In this document: in pieces, positions 1 to 8,651 of the stretch
Layout of the letters: the number at the start of each line of letters is the position of its first letter
Position numbering within the stretch: the first letter of the stretch is position 1
Source of the DNA: an uncultured delta proteobacterium
GTDB lineage: Bacteria > Desulfobacterota > Binatia > UBA9968
NCBI GenBank assembly: GCA_963801935.1
Contig: CAWDHA010000014.1
Location: forward strand, 6,608 to 70,607
Direction: 5' to 3'
DNA: 64,000 bases
The notes under the pieces: generated by a model
The model's input: only the letters and a program-made list of their open reading frames with translations
Databases searched by the model: none
Told to the model about the DNA's origin: nothing
Translations under genes and position numbers: made by a program

Positions 1-96
1 GCGCGAAGAGCGATGAGCGGAGGCGTACTCATGTACGTTGAGGCGAAATCGCTTAAGCGCAACGAAGCATATGGGTCTTTTTCAGCAGCCTGCTAG
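1..96 (-). repeat. Window-truncated copy of the ~125-bp TIR repeat family F2 (alpha unit)
   Basis: The reverse complement of 1-96 (CTAGCAGGCTGCTGAAAAAGACCCATATGCTTCGTTGCGC...GAGTACGCCTCCGCTCATCG) aligns by eye along its length with 46441-46565 and 48208-48332. The terminal CTAG (93-96) contains the TAG stop of the adjacent ORF. Confidence 0.8.
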
Positions 97-1160
97 GGTG
101 AGTAAAGCTTATCGCCTCGCTTGGTCATAAAAAAATCCAGCGGCAATTCGGCGCCGATGCCTTTCTCCTTTGCTTTTTCGTACATCTTCCTCGCGGTGGC
201 GGCGAATTGAATGCCCATTCCCGTGTTGTTTTTAAAAAAGGTGATCTCGTTTGCATCTCTCCGGCCGCGGCAGTTTCCGTTTAGCAGATCGCCGAGCTCG
301 TGAAGATCTTCGGCTTTGACAATACCGCGCTCCAGGCGGTCATGGAACTCAGCCTGTTTGTCGATAAATATTTGTTGTTTTGATCCGACGATGATCAAGT
401 TGGACTTGATCACGGCTTCGTCATCGAGTTCTTTACGCGGCAGGTAGCCGTCGCCGCCGACGATGCTGTTCAGATGCATGCCGGGTTCGACCCATTTGCC
501 CTGAATCACCGGGTCCACCGTGTTGGTCGCGGCGGTGACGATGTCACTGCCGCGGATCGCTTCTTCGGCGCTGGCGACCGCAGTGACTTCGATGGCGGTC
601 TCGGCGCTTAATTCGCGGGCGAAGCGCTCGCGATTTGCCTGCGTCGGGCTGAAGACTTTGACTTTGGTCAACGGCCGCACGGCAAGATGCGCCGTCACTT
701 GGGTCTTCGCCTGTTCGCCGGAGCCCAACAGCGCCATGACTTTCGCATCTTCGCGCGCGAGATACTTGCTTGCCACCGCGCTGGTGGCGCCGACGCGCAT
801 GGTGGAAATATAGTGATCGTCCATCATGGCCAGGATCTCGCAAGTGTCCATGTCGAACAGCAAAACCAGACCGATAAAATCGCCGGGATAGACGCGCCGC
901 TTGGCGCCGTTTACCAGGACATCCTTGGAAAAGCTCGAGTCGATGCGTAGCGCCATCGACTTCATGCCCGGAACCAGCCCCATAATATTGTTGAAATAGT
1001 ACTGGCCGCCTTCTTCCTTCCAGGGCGTTCGCAGGCGCGCGCGCGGCGCGATCATCGCTTTGCCGGCGCCAAGCTCGCAAAACGCCTGCTCGATAGCCAC
1101 GATCTCTTCCGCCATCGGCAAAAGGTTTTCCATCTGCTCATTCTTCAAGACTAATACCAT
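93..1160 (-). CDS. Ornithine cyclodeaminase / mu-crystallin family protein
   Basis: 355-aa ORF with a Rossmann-type motif (MALLGSGEQA) and a family-typical length and layout (...HLNSIVGGDG...). Family recalled from memory, not searched. Confidence 0.8.
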   Translation of the reverse strand: MVLVLKNEQMENLLPMAEEIVAIEQAFCELGAGKAMIAPRARLRTPWKEEGGQYYFNNIMGLVPGMKSMALRIDSSFSKDVLVNGAKRRVYPGDFIGLVLLFDMDTCEILAMMDDHYISTMRVGATSAVASKYLAREDAKVMALLGSGEQAKTQVTAHLAVRPLTKVKVFSPTQANRERFARELSAETAIEVTAVASAEEAIRGSDIVTAATNTVDPVIQGKWVEPGMHLNSIVGGDGYLPRKELDDEAVIKSNLIIVGSKQQIFIDKQAEFHDRLERGIVKAEDLHELGDLLNGNCRGRRDANEITFFKNNTGMGIQFAATARKMYEKAKEKGIGAELPLDFFMTKRGDKLYSP

Positions 1161-1405
1161 GAAGCATCTCCAATAGGTCTCGGTACAACAAACGCCAGCA
1201 AAGAGTCAAGAATGACCAGGGCGCGCAATTACATTGCCGAGCCTCAAGCGGCAGAGCGCTAAATGTGCCGGAGCATCGCCATGGGCAAGGGGCACCGCGT
1301 GACTAATTCGGGTCAAATCAACGAAGCCGGGGCGAACCCGGCAGATCGGTGGGCGAAAAAAATAGAGTGCTGAGCTTACTCTCCAACTCTCGATTACGCC
1401 GGTCA

Positions 1406-1490
1406 TGGTTCGACAGGCGCACCACGAACGGGAACCTCAGATCGAGGTTCGATCACATAGCCGTGCGTCCTGAGCTAATCGAAGGGTGGA
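1406..1490. repeat. Small imperfect-palindrome intergenic element (conceptual translation FDRRTTNG...RPELIEG)
   Basis: TGGTTCGACAGGCGCACCACGAACGG...CCGTGCGTCCTGAGCTAATCGAAGGGTGG. The arms are imperfect inverted repeats, and a related element lies at 26180-26345. Confidence 0.6.
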
Positions 1491-1537
1491 CGGTATTGTA
1501 TGACACAATAGTGCTAGGACCGTTGTCATAAGAGACT

Positions 1538-1810
1538 TCAGCCCTTTTTTGCTTTAAACCAGTCGGCGTCGATTTTGGTAAATTGTTTCCATTTGTCCGG
1601 CACTGCTGCTTCCTCGAAGATGGCTTCGACCGGGCACACCGGCTCGCACGCGCCGCAGTCGATGCACTCCTCAGGGTCGATGTAGAGCTTGTTTTCTTTT
1701 TCAAATTCTTCAGCTTCGTTCTTGGTTGGATGAATGCAATCGACAGGGCAGACATCGACACACGCAGTGTCCTTGGTGTCGATACAGGGCTCGGCGATAA
1801 CGTAGGTCAT
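1538..1810 (-). CDS. fdxA: 7Fe ferredoxin (3Fe-4S plus 4Fe-4S)
   Basis: 90 aa with [18 protein letters not shown] (Cx7CxxxCP) and [12 protein letters not shown] (CxxCxxCxxxCP). Confidence 0.85.
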   Translation of the reverse strand: MTYVIAEPCIDTKDTACVDVCPVDCIHPTKNEAEEFEKENKLYIDPEECIDCGACEPVCPVEAIFEEAAVPDKWKQFTKIDADWFKAKKG

Positions 1811-1960
1811 TACTCCTCCTCAGAAAACAAACTTTTAGTGTACTAGCAAATAGACCCGGGCAAGTCAATTAAGCCAAGAGCTTACACGCGCGAATTCTTG
1901 GTGGAAATTTACCGGTTGCGGCGCGCGCAGTGCGCCCGCCCCGAGATAATTTTAGAGAGT

Positions 1961-2125
1961 TAGCAGCCCGTGATGAAAGTCTTGGCTGCATTCGACGGGC
2001 GATCGATCCCGCTGGCTGCGTTGCTCCTCGGTCAAATATTCCGGATATTCTCGGTCGTCGCGTCTTGCCATCGAGGCGCCTCACCCGTCTCGGTGCAACG
2101 CCAGACTTTCACCAAGGGCTGCTAG
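1961..2125 (+). repeat. 165-bp MITE-like palindromic element, family F1, copy 1
   Basis: Termini TAGCAGCCCGTGATGAAAGTC...GACTTTCACCAAGGGCTGCTAG. Near-identical copies lie at 14467-14630 (inverted) and 37556-37721. Confidence 0.85.
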
Positions 2126-2199
2126 GTTCTCTGGACGTCTGAGGCGCGCTGGCGGAGGCTGGCCGCGCGTTCAAATATTCAGGCGAGATAGACTCGATA

Positions 2200-3792
2200 T
2201 CACGGCGCAGGACGAATCTTCAGGGCCAGGGTCTTGTTCGCAGAAGCGCCTATCTGGTCGGTTACCCTGATGGTAAAACGCCACGTCTTCACTTGCGTAG
2301 GCGTGCCGGAAACCGTTTGCGCGGCGAGCGACAAGCCGGTTGGTTCGGGCAAGCCGCGCAATACCTGGACAGTATATGGGGGTACTCCACCGCTGACGCT
2401 GAAAGATTGATTATAAGGGGTTCCGACCGTGGTGAAGTTTTGCGGCAAAGGGGTGACGGTCAACTTGGGGCAGGCCAGAGTTCTTTTTTTGACGACGTTG
2501 GACAGAGAAGACAGGTTCGCCGACTCATCTGCGGTCTTGATCGCGAGGTAGTAGGATTGACCGCAGAGCAGACCGGATACGGAAAGGCTCTGTGGAGTTC
2601 CCGCGGCCGCGGGCGCCGGCTCGCCGCTGAACTGGGTGGCCGCTGGCCAATTGATTTCTTTTAGCGGCGCGCTCGACATACGAATATCATAAACGCCGGC
2701 CGTTCCTGCATGGCCGTCATCGCCCGGCGCGGTCCACGACAGATCGATGCTCGTCAAAGCCGCGCCTACCCACTTGAGATCGGTTATTTTGGCCGGCGCG
2801 ACGGCATCAACGGTTGAAATAGCGACGTTCCAACCGAGATCGGCCATGAGCTCGAGCGCTAGACCGACGTCGTGGTTAGCGGACGTATAAGACGGTTCCA
2901 TAAGCTCGTCTAGGGCCAGCGCGTCGCTGAAATGAGAGACGGAAGAACCCGCTTCTATGGGGTTGGGAGCGTAAATTTCGACATGGCCGCTCGGATGGCG
3001 CCCGCTCGCCAGGCCTGCGCTGCCAGAGACCACATTGGCGCCCGTCCAGTGCAGCATGCCGGTCCTCCGGCTGGCGTTAGCGCGTTCGGCATTGGTCATC
3101 AGCGGAAACGTTTTGCCGGTGCTATGGTCTTCGAGGTGGAACATATAAGCATCATCGAGATTTAAAAATCGACCGCCCGAGCTCGAGTTAACCAGAGTAA
3201 GAAAACCTAGCCCGTGGCCAAGCTCATGCAACAGTACGGATACGAAATCGATTTCATTTGGTGCCGGGTTGGCATCGAGGCCATAATACCAGCCGCTCCC
3301 CGCCAGACATCCCGGCGTGCCGATAGCGCTATTGAACTCAGCTTCCATATCATCATCGTCAAGATCCAGATCGCTGGCGTTGAGACTGTTCGCCAGCGCT
3401 TGCACATACCAGGTGTTGACCAGCGCCGCACCGACAAAATCGCGATGAACCGTGTTCGGACCGGCGGCTCCCAGCACGGCAGAACTAGCATTGCAGAATA
3501 ATGAGGAAGAAAAGCTCGCGCCGATTCTAATGGGTACTGAACTGTTGATCAGGGACGCCCAGATATCCACCGCGTGCTGAAAGGCGATGAGCCGCTGGGC
3601 GCCGATCGTAGTGCCGGTATTGCCGCCCACCGGCGCAGCCGCCGCCGGATCATTGAACCCCTCCCCTGCGGAATCGTTATTGACGACTGTCATGGTTGCC
3701 GCGCCGTAGGCCTGTGGCGGTATCAGTACGGCGGCGCCAAAAAGAAACGCTGCTAGCGGAAAAAAATTGCTGCGACGCATAAACCGCCTCAT
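2200..3792 (-). CDS. Secreted zinc metalloprotease with C-terminal FN3-like and Ig-like domains
   Basis: Signal peptide MRRFMRRSNFFPLAAFLFGAAVLIPPQAYG and an HExxH motif in LLHELGHGLGF. The C-terminal region resembles FN3 and Ig-like repeats (...IDLSWTAPGDDG...; ...GGVPPYTVQVL...). Confidence 0.7.
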   Translation of the reverse strand: MRRFMRRSNFFPLAAFLFGAAVLIPPQAYGAATMTVVNNDSAGEGFNDPAAAAPVGGNTGTTIGAQRLIAFQHAVDIWASLINSSVPIRIGASFSSSLFCNASSAVLGAAGPNTVHRDFVGAALVNTWYVQALANSLNASDLDLDDDDMEAEFNSAIGTPGCLAGSGWYYGLDANPAPNEIDFVSVLLHELGHGLGFLTLVNSSSGGRFLNLDDAYMFHLEDHSTGKTFPLMTNAERANASRRTGMLHWTGANVVSGSAGLASGRHPSGHVEIYAPNPIEAGSSVSHFSDALALDELMEPSYTSANHDVGLALELMADLGWNVAISTVDAVAPAKITDLKWVGAALTSIDLSWTAPGDDGHAGTAGVYDIRMSSAPLKEINWPAATQFSGEPAPAAAGTPQSLSVSGLLCGQSYYLAIKTADESANLSSLSNVVKKRTLACPKLTVTPLPQNFTTVGTPYNQSFSVSGGVPPYTVQVLRGLPEPTGLSLAAQTVSGTPTQVKTWRFTIRVTDQIGASANKTLALKIRPAP

Positions 3793-4235
3793 TTGACTTC
3801 CGGACGCGGGCGCGCGAGGCGGTGCCCGAATCTGATCTTGCCGTCGTCGTCAATGATGGCAAAGAGCGGTTGGTGAAACTGGCGGTTTAACTTTACTTTG
3901 ACGCCGCCTCCCGGCTCTGGACTAGCTTCCTCGAAGGCCGGCGGCGCCGTTACCGGTGCCGATTGAAACTGCTGCGCGTCTGGTATTTGGCCTGGCGGTG
4001 GAGCGGCAGGCTTCGCCAGGATTTCACCGGTGACAGGATCGATATGAACGACTAAACCTGGCGTTTGCGCCGTGCGGTCGGCCGCGCTGTCCGCAGACTT
4101 TTGCGCCGCGCGTTGCGACACCGCTTCCAGGGATGTGCCGCCTGAGTGCGATACAAGCTTCTCTGCGCAACCACAAGCCAGCGCCGTTGCCAACATTGCG
4201 AGCGCGATTTTGTATGAGTATTTCGATCCGTTCAT
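3789..4235 (-). CDS. Hypothetical lipoprotein, translationally coupled to the protease
   Basis: The internal start MNGSKYSYKIALAMLATALACGC has a lipobox, with GGAGGG 5-10 nt upstream. The stop overlaps the downstream start as ATGA (3789-3792). The ORF-track start at 4367 was rejected. Confidence 0.55.
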   Translation of the reverse strand: MNGSKYSYKIALAMLATALACGCAEKLVSHSGGTSLEAVSQRAAQKSADSAADRTAQTPGLVVHIDPVTGEILAKPAAPPPGQIPDAQQFQSAPVTAPPAFEEASPEPGGGVKVKLNRQFHQPLFAIIDDDGKIRFGHRLARPRPEVK

Positions 4236-4529
4236 TTTGCCCTCCAGCAGAGCTTGTTCTACAGCGATTCCTGCCAGTGAGCCGGGTGGATCGCGGAGCC
4301 TGGCATGAGGAATATCGGCAACCGGTAAGATTTCTGCCGGGAGTAGCCAAGGCAAAGAAGAGACCACAGAGCGGAAGTCAATACAGAAGTCGCAGGATAC
4401 TCCCGCAAACGTGCGCAGAGTCAGTGTGAAAACTCTAATAATGTGCAGCAGCGACCAACCCTGAGCGGCTGTCGGGAGTTCAGGGTTGAAACTCAGAACA
4501 AGAAACTCGAAATTCTAAACTGCGAAAGC

Positions 4530-4559
4530 GCATGTGGGTCTTTTTCAGCAGGCCTGCTA
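4530..4559 (-). repeat. Terminal fragment of an F2-type element
   Basis: GTGGGTCTTTTTCAGCAGGCCTGCTAG matches the F2 terminus and ends 10 nt before the ybeY ATG. It is preceded by GAAACTC-type short repeats (4470-4520). Confidence 0.55.
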
Positions 4560-4569
4560 GTATTTCACC

Positions 4570-5013
4570 ATGCCTGTTGACGTGGTACGGCGCGGTGCCG
4601 GGAAAAAACTTCCGGTCCGCGCCATCAAAGACGCGGCGCTCGAAGTGCTGCGCCTGCTAAAGCGCGAAGACGCCGAGTTAAGCCTGGCGCTGGTCGGCAA
4701 TCCCGAAATACGCAAATTAAACGCGCGCTACCGGGGTAAGAACGCCGCAACCGACGTGCTGTCTTTTGCCGCCGAAGAGCATCTGGCCGGACCGATTCGT
4801 CTTCTTGGCGACGTCGTGATTTCGGTTGATAAGATGCGCGCTCAGGCGAAGCAGCGCGGCGCGCCGCTCAAACAAGAGATGACGACTCTATTAATCCATG
4901 GCATTGTGCACTTGCTGGGATACGATCATGAGCGCTCAGCGCACGCGGCGCGCGTTATGCGTAAGCTAGAGCGAAAACTTTATCGAGCGCTTTGTGAGCG
5001 CGGATATTTGTAG
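4570..5013 (+). CDS. ybeY: rRNA maturation endoribonuclease YbeY
   Basis: 147 aa carrying the metal-binding signature HGIVHLLGYDH. Confidence 0.9.
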   Translation: MPVDVVRRGAGKKLPVRAIKDAALEVLRLLKREDAELSLALVGNPEIRKLNARYRGKNAATDVLSFAAEEHLAGPIRLLGDVVISVDKMRAQAKQRGAPLKQEMTTLLIHGIVHLLGYDHERSAHAARVMRKLERKLYRALCERGYL

Positions 5014-5148
5014 GTATAATCGACTTACGCGCTTTAGGCCGACCTCCTGTCGGCGGCGGCTGAGCTTGGGTAAACCTGAGACGCTCTGCTCATGGGCGGT
5101 ACTAATTGAAGCGCGTGCCGCGATTGAAAAGAAAGGTTGCCGGAAGAG

Positions 5149-6253
5149 ATGCTAGAAGAAACCCGCGAACAATTGACCCACCTCGAAGAGCGCCAGGAGT
5201 TACTGCGGAGGAGGCTTTGACGTCGAGAGCAAGCGCAAGCGCGTCGCAGAGCTGAACCAAATCACCTCCACGCCGGAATTTTGGAACGATAGCGAAAAAG
5301 CCCAGGGCATTTTGCGAGAACAATCCTCTCTCAAAGAGGTCATTGACGCTTGCGAGAAACAGCGAGCGGGCCTCGAAGAGGCGCGCTTTTTTCTTGACGT
5401 CGCCCAGGAGGAAAAGAGCGAGGACGCCTTGCACGAGGCAACGGCCAAGATTGCCGAGGTGCGCGGCGAGATGGAGCGCACCGAGTTGGCGCTGATCCTC
5501 GGCGGGGTCGACGACCGGCGCAACGCGATTGTGACCCTGCACCCCGGCGCCGGCGGCACCGAGGCCCAAGACTGGGCCGAGATCCTTCTGCGCATGTATC
5601 TGCGCTGGTGCGACCGCCGGGGTTACCGCAAAGAGATCCTCGAATACCAGCCCGGCGAAGAAGCCGGCGTCAAGAGCGTGACGTTCAGCGTGGAAGGCGA
5701 CTATGCCTACGGTTATTTGAAAGCCGAGGCGGGCATCCATCGGCTCGTCCGTATCTCGCCGTTTGACGCGAATTCCCGGCGCCACACCTCGTTTGCGTCG
5801 GTGTTCGTCTATCCCGAAGTCGACGACGACATCAAAGTCGAAATCGACGAAGCGGATCTGCGAGTCGATACCTATCGCTCGAGCGGCGCCGGCGGTCAGC
5901 ACGTGAACAAAACCGATTCCGCGGTGCGCTTGACGCATCTGCCGAGCGGCATTGTCGTTGCCTGTCAAAACGAGCGCTCGCAGCATAAAAACCGCGCCAT
6001 GGCGATGAAAATCTTGAAATCACGCCTCTACGAGCTCGAAGTCCAGAAGCAAAAAGAAAAGATGGACGTGTTCGCCAGAAGCAAGAAAGACATCACCTGG
6101 GGGAGCCAGATTCGTTCCTACGTGCTTCACCCCTACCGCCTGGTGAAAGACCATCGGACCAACATCGAAATCGGCAACGCCGATGCCGTGCTCGACGGCG
6201 CCATCGATCAGTTCATCCAATCTTACCTGTTGCAGGCAAGCACAGATACTTAA
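5149..6253 (+). CDS. prfB: Peptide chain release factor 2, requiring a programmed +1 frameshift
   Basis: Frame 0 encodes MLEETREQLTHLEERQELLRRRL then TGA at 5218-5220. The +1 frame from 5219 joins ORF 5312..6253 in frame. SPF (RISPFD) and GGQ (SGAGGQHVNKTDSA) motifs are present. Confidence 0.9.
5209..5221 (+). promoter_or_regulatory. prfB autoregulatory +1 frameshift site
   Basis: AGGAGG CTT TGA C: an internal Shine-Dalgarno-like element followed by the slippery CUU-UGA-C, as in E. coli prfB. Confidence 0.85.
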
Positions 6254-6672
6254 ACCGCCAAGCCTGTTAGGGAGGAGAAAACCGCCGTGCAAATTTTCAC
6301 GGGGGATTTCAGCGCAACCAAGGGTATTCCACCGAGCGGGCTCTGCGGGGTGTTCATCGTGCCGGCGCGATTTAAGTGATCGAGATGAACCATGGCCCCG
6401 TTTGCGAAAGCCTCGCTGCCGGTGCTGCCTGCTTATCGTTACGCGGATAAGCGCGCATTCTAACGAATACATAGGTCCTTGTCTAAGTAATATAATCCTT
6501 ACAGTTGTGCCCAGAATTCCCGGCGCGGTTGGAGCGGCCGCTTGGCGGTTTGCAGCAAGTAGAGGGAAACTTCTTCTTTGCGGGAACCTTTTTGCTGCCA
6601 ACCTAGTTTCAACAGAGTAACGAGCGGCTTTGATATCCGAAACCGCAAAACACAAGAAAGGGAGAAAGCGTG

Positions 6673-6953
6673 ATGAGGAAAATATTCATGGTTTGGGGTT
6701 GCCTGCATTAATCATCCCAAGGGCGCTAGTCGCCGCGCCGGCGAGTTGGGCGCAGGAACAGGGCGGCATGATGAAGGACGACAAGGGCGACATGATGAAA
6801 GATAAAATGAAAGCCGAAAAGAAGGGCCAAGGCGGAACGACCGACGGTAAAATGACGATGGACGAGAAGATGAAGATGGACGAAAAAAGCAATAGCCTGA
6901 TTTTGCAAACAGTGCGATCGGGAACTCGGCACGTCTGGCGAGCCGCAAGCTGA
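6673..6953 (+). CDS. Small secreted Met/Lys/Asp-rich protein (needs a frame correction in a G-run)
   Basis: The ATG at 6673 with GGAGAA upstream gives MRKIFMVWGCLH*. One nt more in GGGG (6695-6698) would give MRKIFMVWGLPALIIPRALVAAPASWA|QEQGGMMKDDKGDMMKDKMKAEKKG...KMTMDEKMKMDEK. The 3' end is uncertain. Confidence 0.35.
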
Positions 6954-6992
6954 TTACAGCATCGGCGCTTGCCGTTTAGCTGCGCGAGCTTC

Positions 6993-7035
6993 GACGGCGG
7001 CGCGGCGGTTTGGCGCGCCGCGCCGCCGCGTTTGC
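6993..7035 (+). terminator. GC-rich hairpin downstream of the small Met-rich ORF
   Basis: GACGGCGGCGCGGCGGTTTGGCGCGCCGCGCCGCCGCG followed by TTTGCG. Confidence 0.5.
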
Positions 7036-7241
7036 GACAGCGCGCCTAAGCTCTGGCTCTGCCCTGCGCTCGGAAATCATCTGTCCGACCCCGCATCATT
7101 TAGCAGAGGCGCGCAGGCGTCATGACGCCGGAGTTGTTTATTGTGCGTGCACCGAGCTAATCTCCTGGTATCCGCCAGCTCCGCTTTTTTGTCGATGGTA
7201 GCGGAGTCGGACGATCGAGAAAGGGAGAAGCCAATAAAACT

Positions 7242-8441
7242 ATGGAAGAACTTGCAAGAAGCGATGCGGCCAAGGGAAATAGCGGCGTTACGGATTGCGA
7301 GGCGGCGGTGCTTGAGCGTTACGGCAACGCCGCGCAGCAAGTCGAACCGCGTCTTTGCCTGTCCGTGAGTTACAACGCGGCCCTGCTGCAAGTCATACCC
7401 CAGGAAATCATCGAAAAAGACTACGGCTGCGGCGATCCGTCGCGCTACGTCCGCGCCGGCGAGACGGTTCTCGATCTCGGTTCCGGAAGCGGCAAAGCTT
7501 GCTACATCATGGCGCAAATTGTCGGCGCTCAAGGAAAAGTCATCGGCGTGGATTTTAATCCGCCGATGCTCGAGCTTGCGCGCAAGTACCAGAAATCCGT
7601 CGGCGCGAAACTCGGCTATGAAAACGTCGAGTTCCGCCGCGGCAAGATTCAGGACTTGAGAACTGACCTCGAGCTTCTCGGTGGCTATCTCGACGAGCAT
7701 CCGGTGCGCTCGGTTGCGGATTTGCAAGAGCTCGAAAAATACCAAGCCAGGATTCGGCGCGAGCAGCCCCTGGTGGCGGATGACTCGGTGGACGTGATCG
7801 TTTCCAATTGCGTCCTGAATCTGGTCCGTTCTGAGGATAAGAAGCGCCTGTTTAGCGAAATGTATCGGGTTCTCAAGCGCGGTGGCCGAGTCGTGATCTC
7901 GGATATCGTCAGCGACGAGCCGGTGCCCGAACACCTGACTCTGGACGCCAATCTATGGAGCGCCTGCGTTTCAGGAGCGTTTCAGGAAGAGGAGTTTTTG
8001 CGCGCCTTCGAAGAGGCGCAATTCCATGGCATCGAAATCGCGGCGCTTGGCAGCGAGGCCTATCAAACCGTCGAAGGTATCGAATTTCGCGCCATCACAG
8101 TGACCGCTTACAAAGGCAAGCAGGGTCCCTGTATTGAGCGCGATCAGGCGGTGGTTTATCGCGGCCCCTGGAAACAAGTCGTCGATGACGATGGCCATAC
8201 GCTTGAACGCGGCGCGCGCATCGCCGTGTGCGATAAGACGTTCAAGCTCTATTCGCAACCTCCTTATGAAGGGCAGTTTATTTTTGTGCCGCCGCGCCGA
8301 GAAGTCGCCATGGAGAGCGCCGGTCTGTTCGACTGCGCGCGCGATCGCCGGCGCCATCCGCGGGAAACCAAAGGAATGGATTATAAGATTACGACGATTT
8401 CCGAGCCCTCGTGCGGCCCAGATACGAAGTGCTGCGCGTAA
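7242..8441 (+). CDS. arsM: Arsenite S-adenosylmethionine methyltransferase (ArsM-like)
   Basis: SAM motif VLDLGSGSG and cysteines in the ArsM-typical contexts YGCGDP, SNCVLNL and ACVSGA. An additional C-terminal Cys-rich tail (EPSCGPDTKCCA) is present. Confidence 0.8.
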   Translation: MEELARSDAAKGNSGVTDCEAAVLERYGNAAQQVEPRLCLSVSYNAALLQVIPQEIIEKDYGCGDPSRYVRAGETVLDLGSGSGKACYIMAQIVGAQGKVIGVDFNPPMLELARKYQKSVGAKLGYENVEFRRGKIQDLRTDLELLGGYLDEHPVRSVADLQELEKYQARIRREQPLVADDSVDVIVSNCVLNLVRSEDKKRLFSEMYRVLKRGGRVVISDIVSDEPVPEHLTLDANLWSACVSGAFQEEEFLRAFEEAQFHGIEIAALGSEAYQTVEGIEFRAITVTAYKGKQGPCIERDQAVVYRGPWKQVVDDDGHTLERGARIAVCDKTFKLYSQPPYEGQFIFVPPRREVAMESAGLFDCARDRRRHPRETKGMDYKITTISEPSCGPDTKCCA

Positions 8442-8651
8442 ACAGCCAGGCGTGCGTCAACAGGCAATAGCGCACGGCGCATCGAGCAAAGGGCAGAGCG
8501 CCAGAGGCAAAGAGCGAGGGAAGCCGTCGCGAAACGCTTCGCGCCGTGCGCTTTGCGAGTCATTCGAGATGCTGCGCCGGCCTGGGAAAGCGCTCAGCGT
8601 GAGAGCGGTTCTGCGGCGCGCCCATGACGAAAGCCGCTTGCAATCACCCCG

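Noticed and set aside
1961-2125. F1 element as a conserved structured ncRNA gene.
   Set aside because: The differences among the three copies produce uncompensated stem mismatches. The copies occur in both orientations relative to neighbouring genes. A DNA-level MITE-like palindrome is the simpler reading.
5102-5986. 294-aa minus-strand ORF antisense to prfB. Similar long antisense ORFs lie at 7077..7934, 20011..20661, 21209..21892, 32480..33214, 33668..34525, 34814..35617, 40745..41860 and 14808..15380.
   Set aside because: Each lies opposite a gene with strong family motifs. Their translations are Arg/Ala/Gly-rich and low in complexity. Long stop-free antisense frames are expected in GC-rich DNA.
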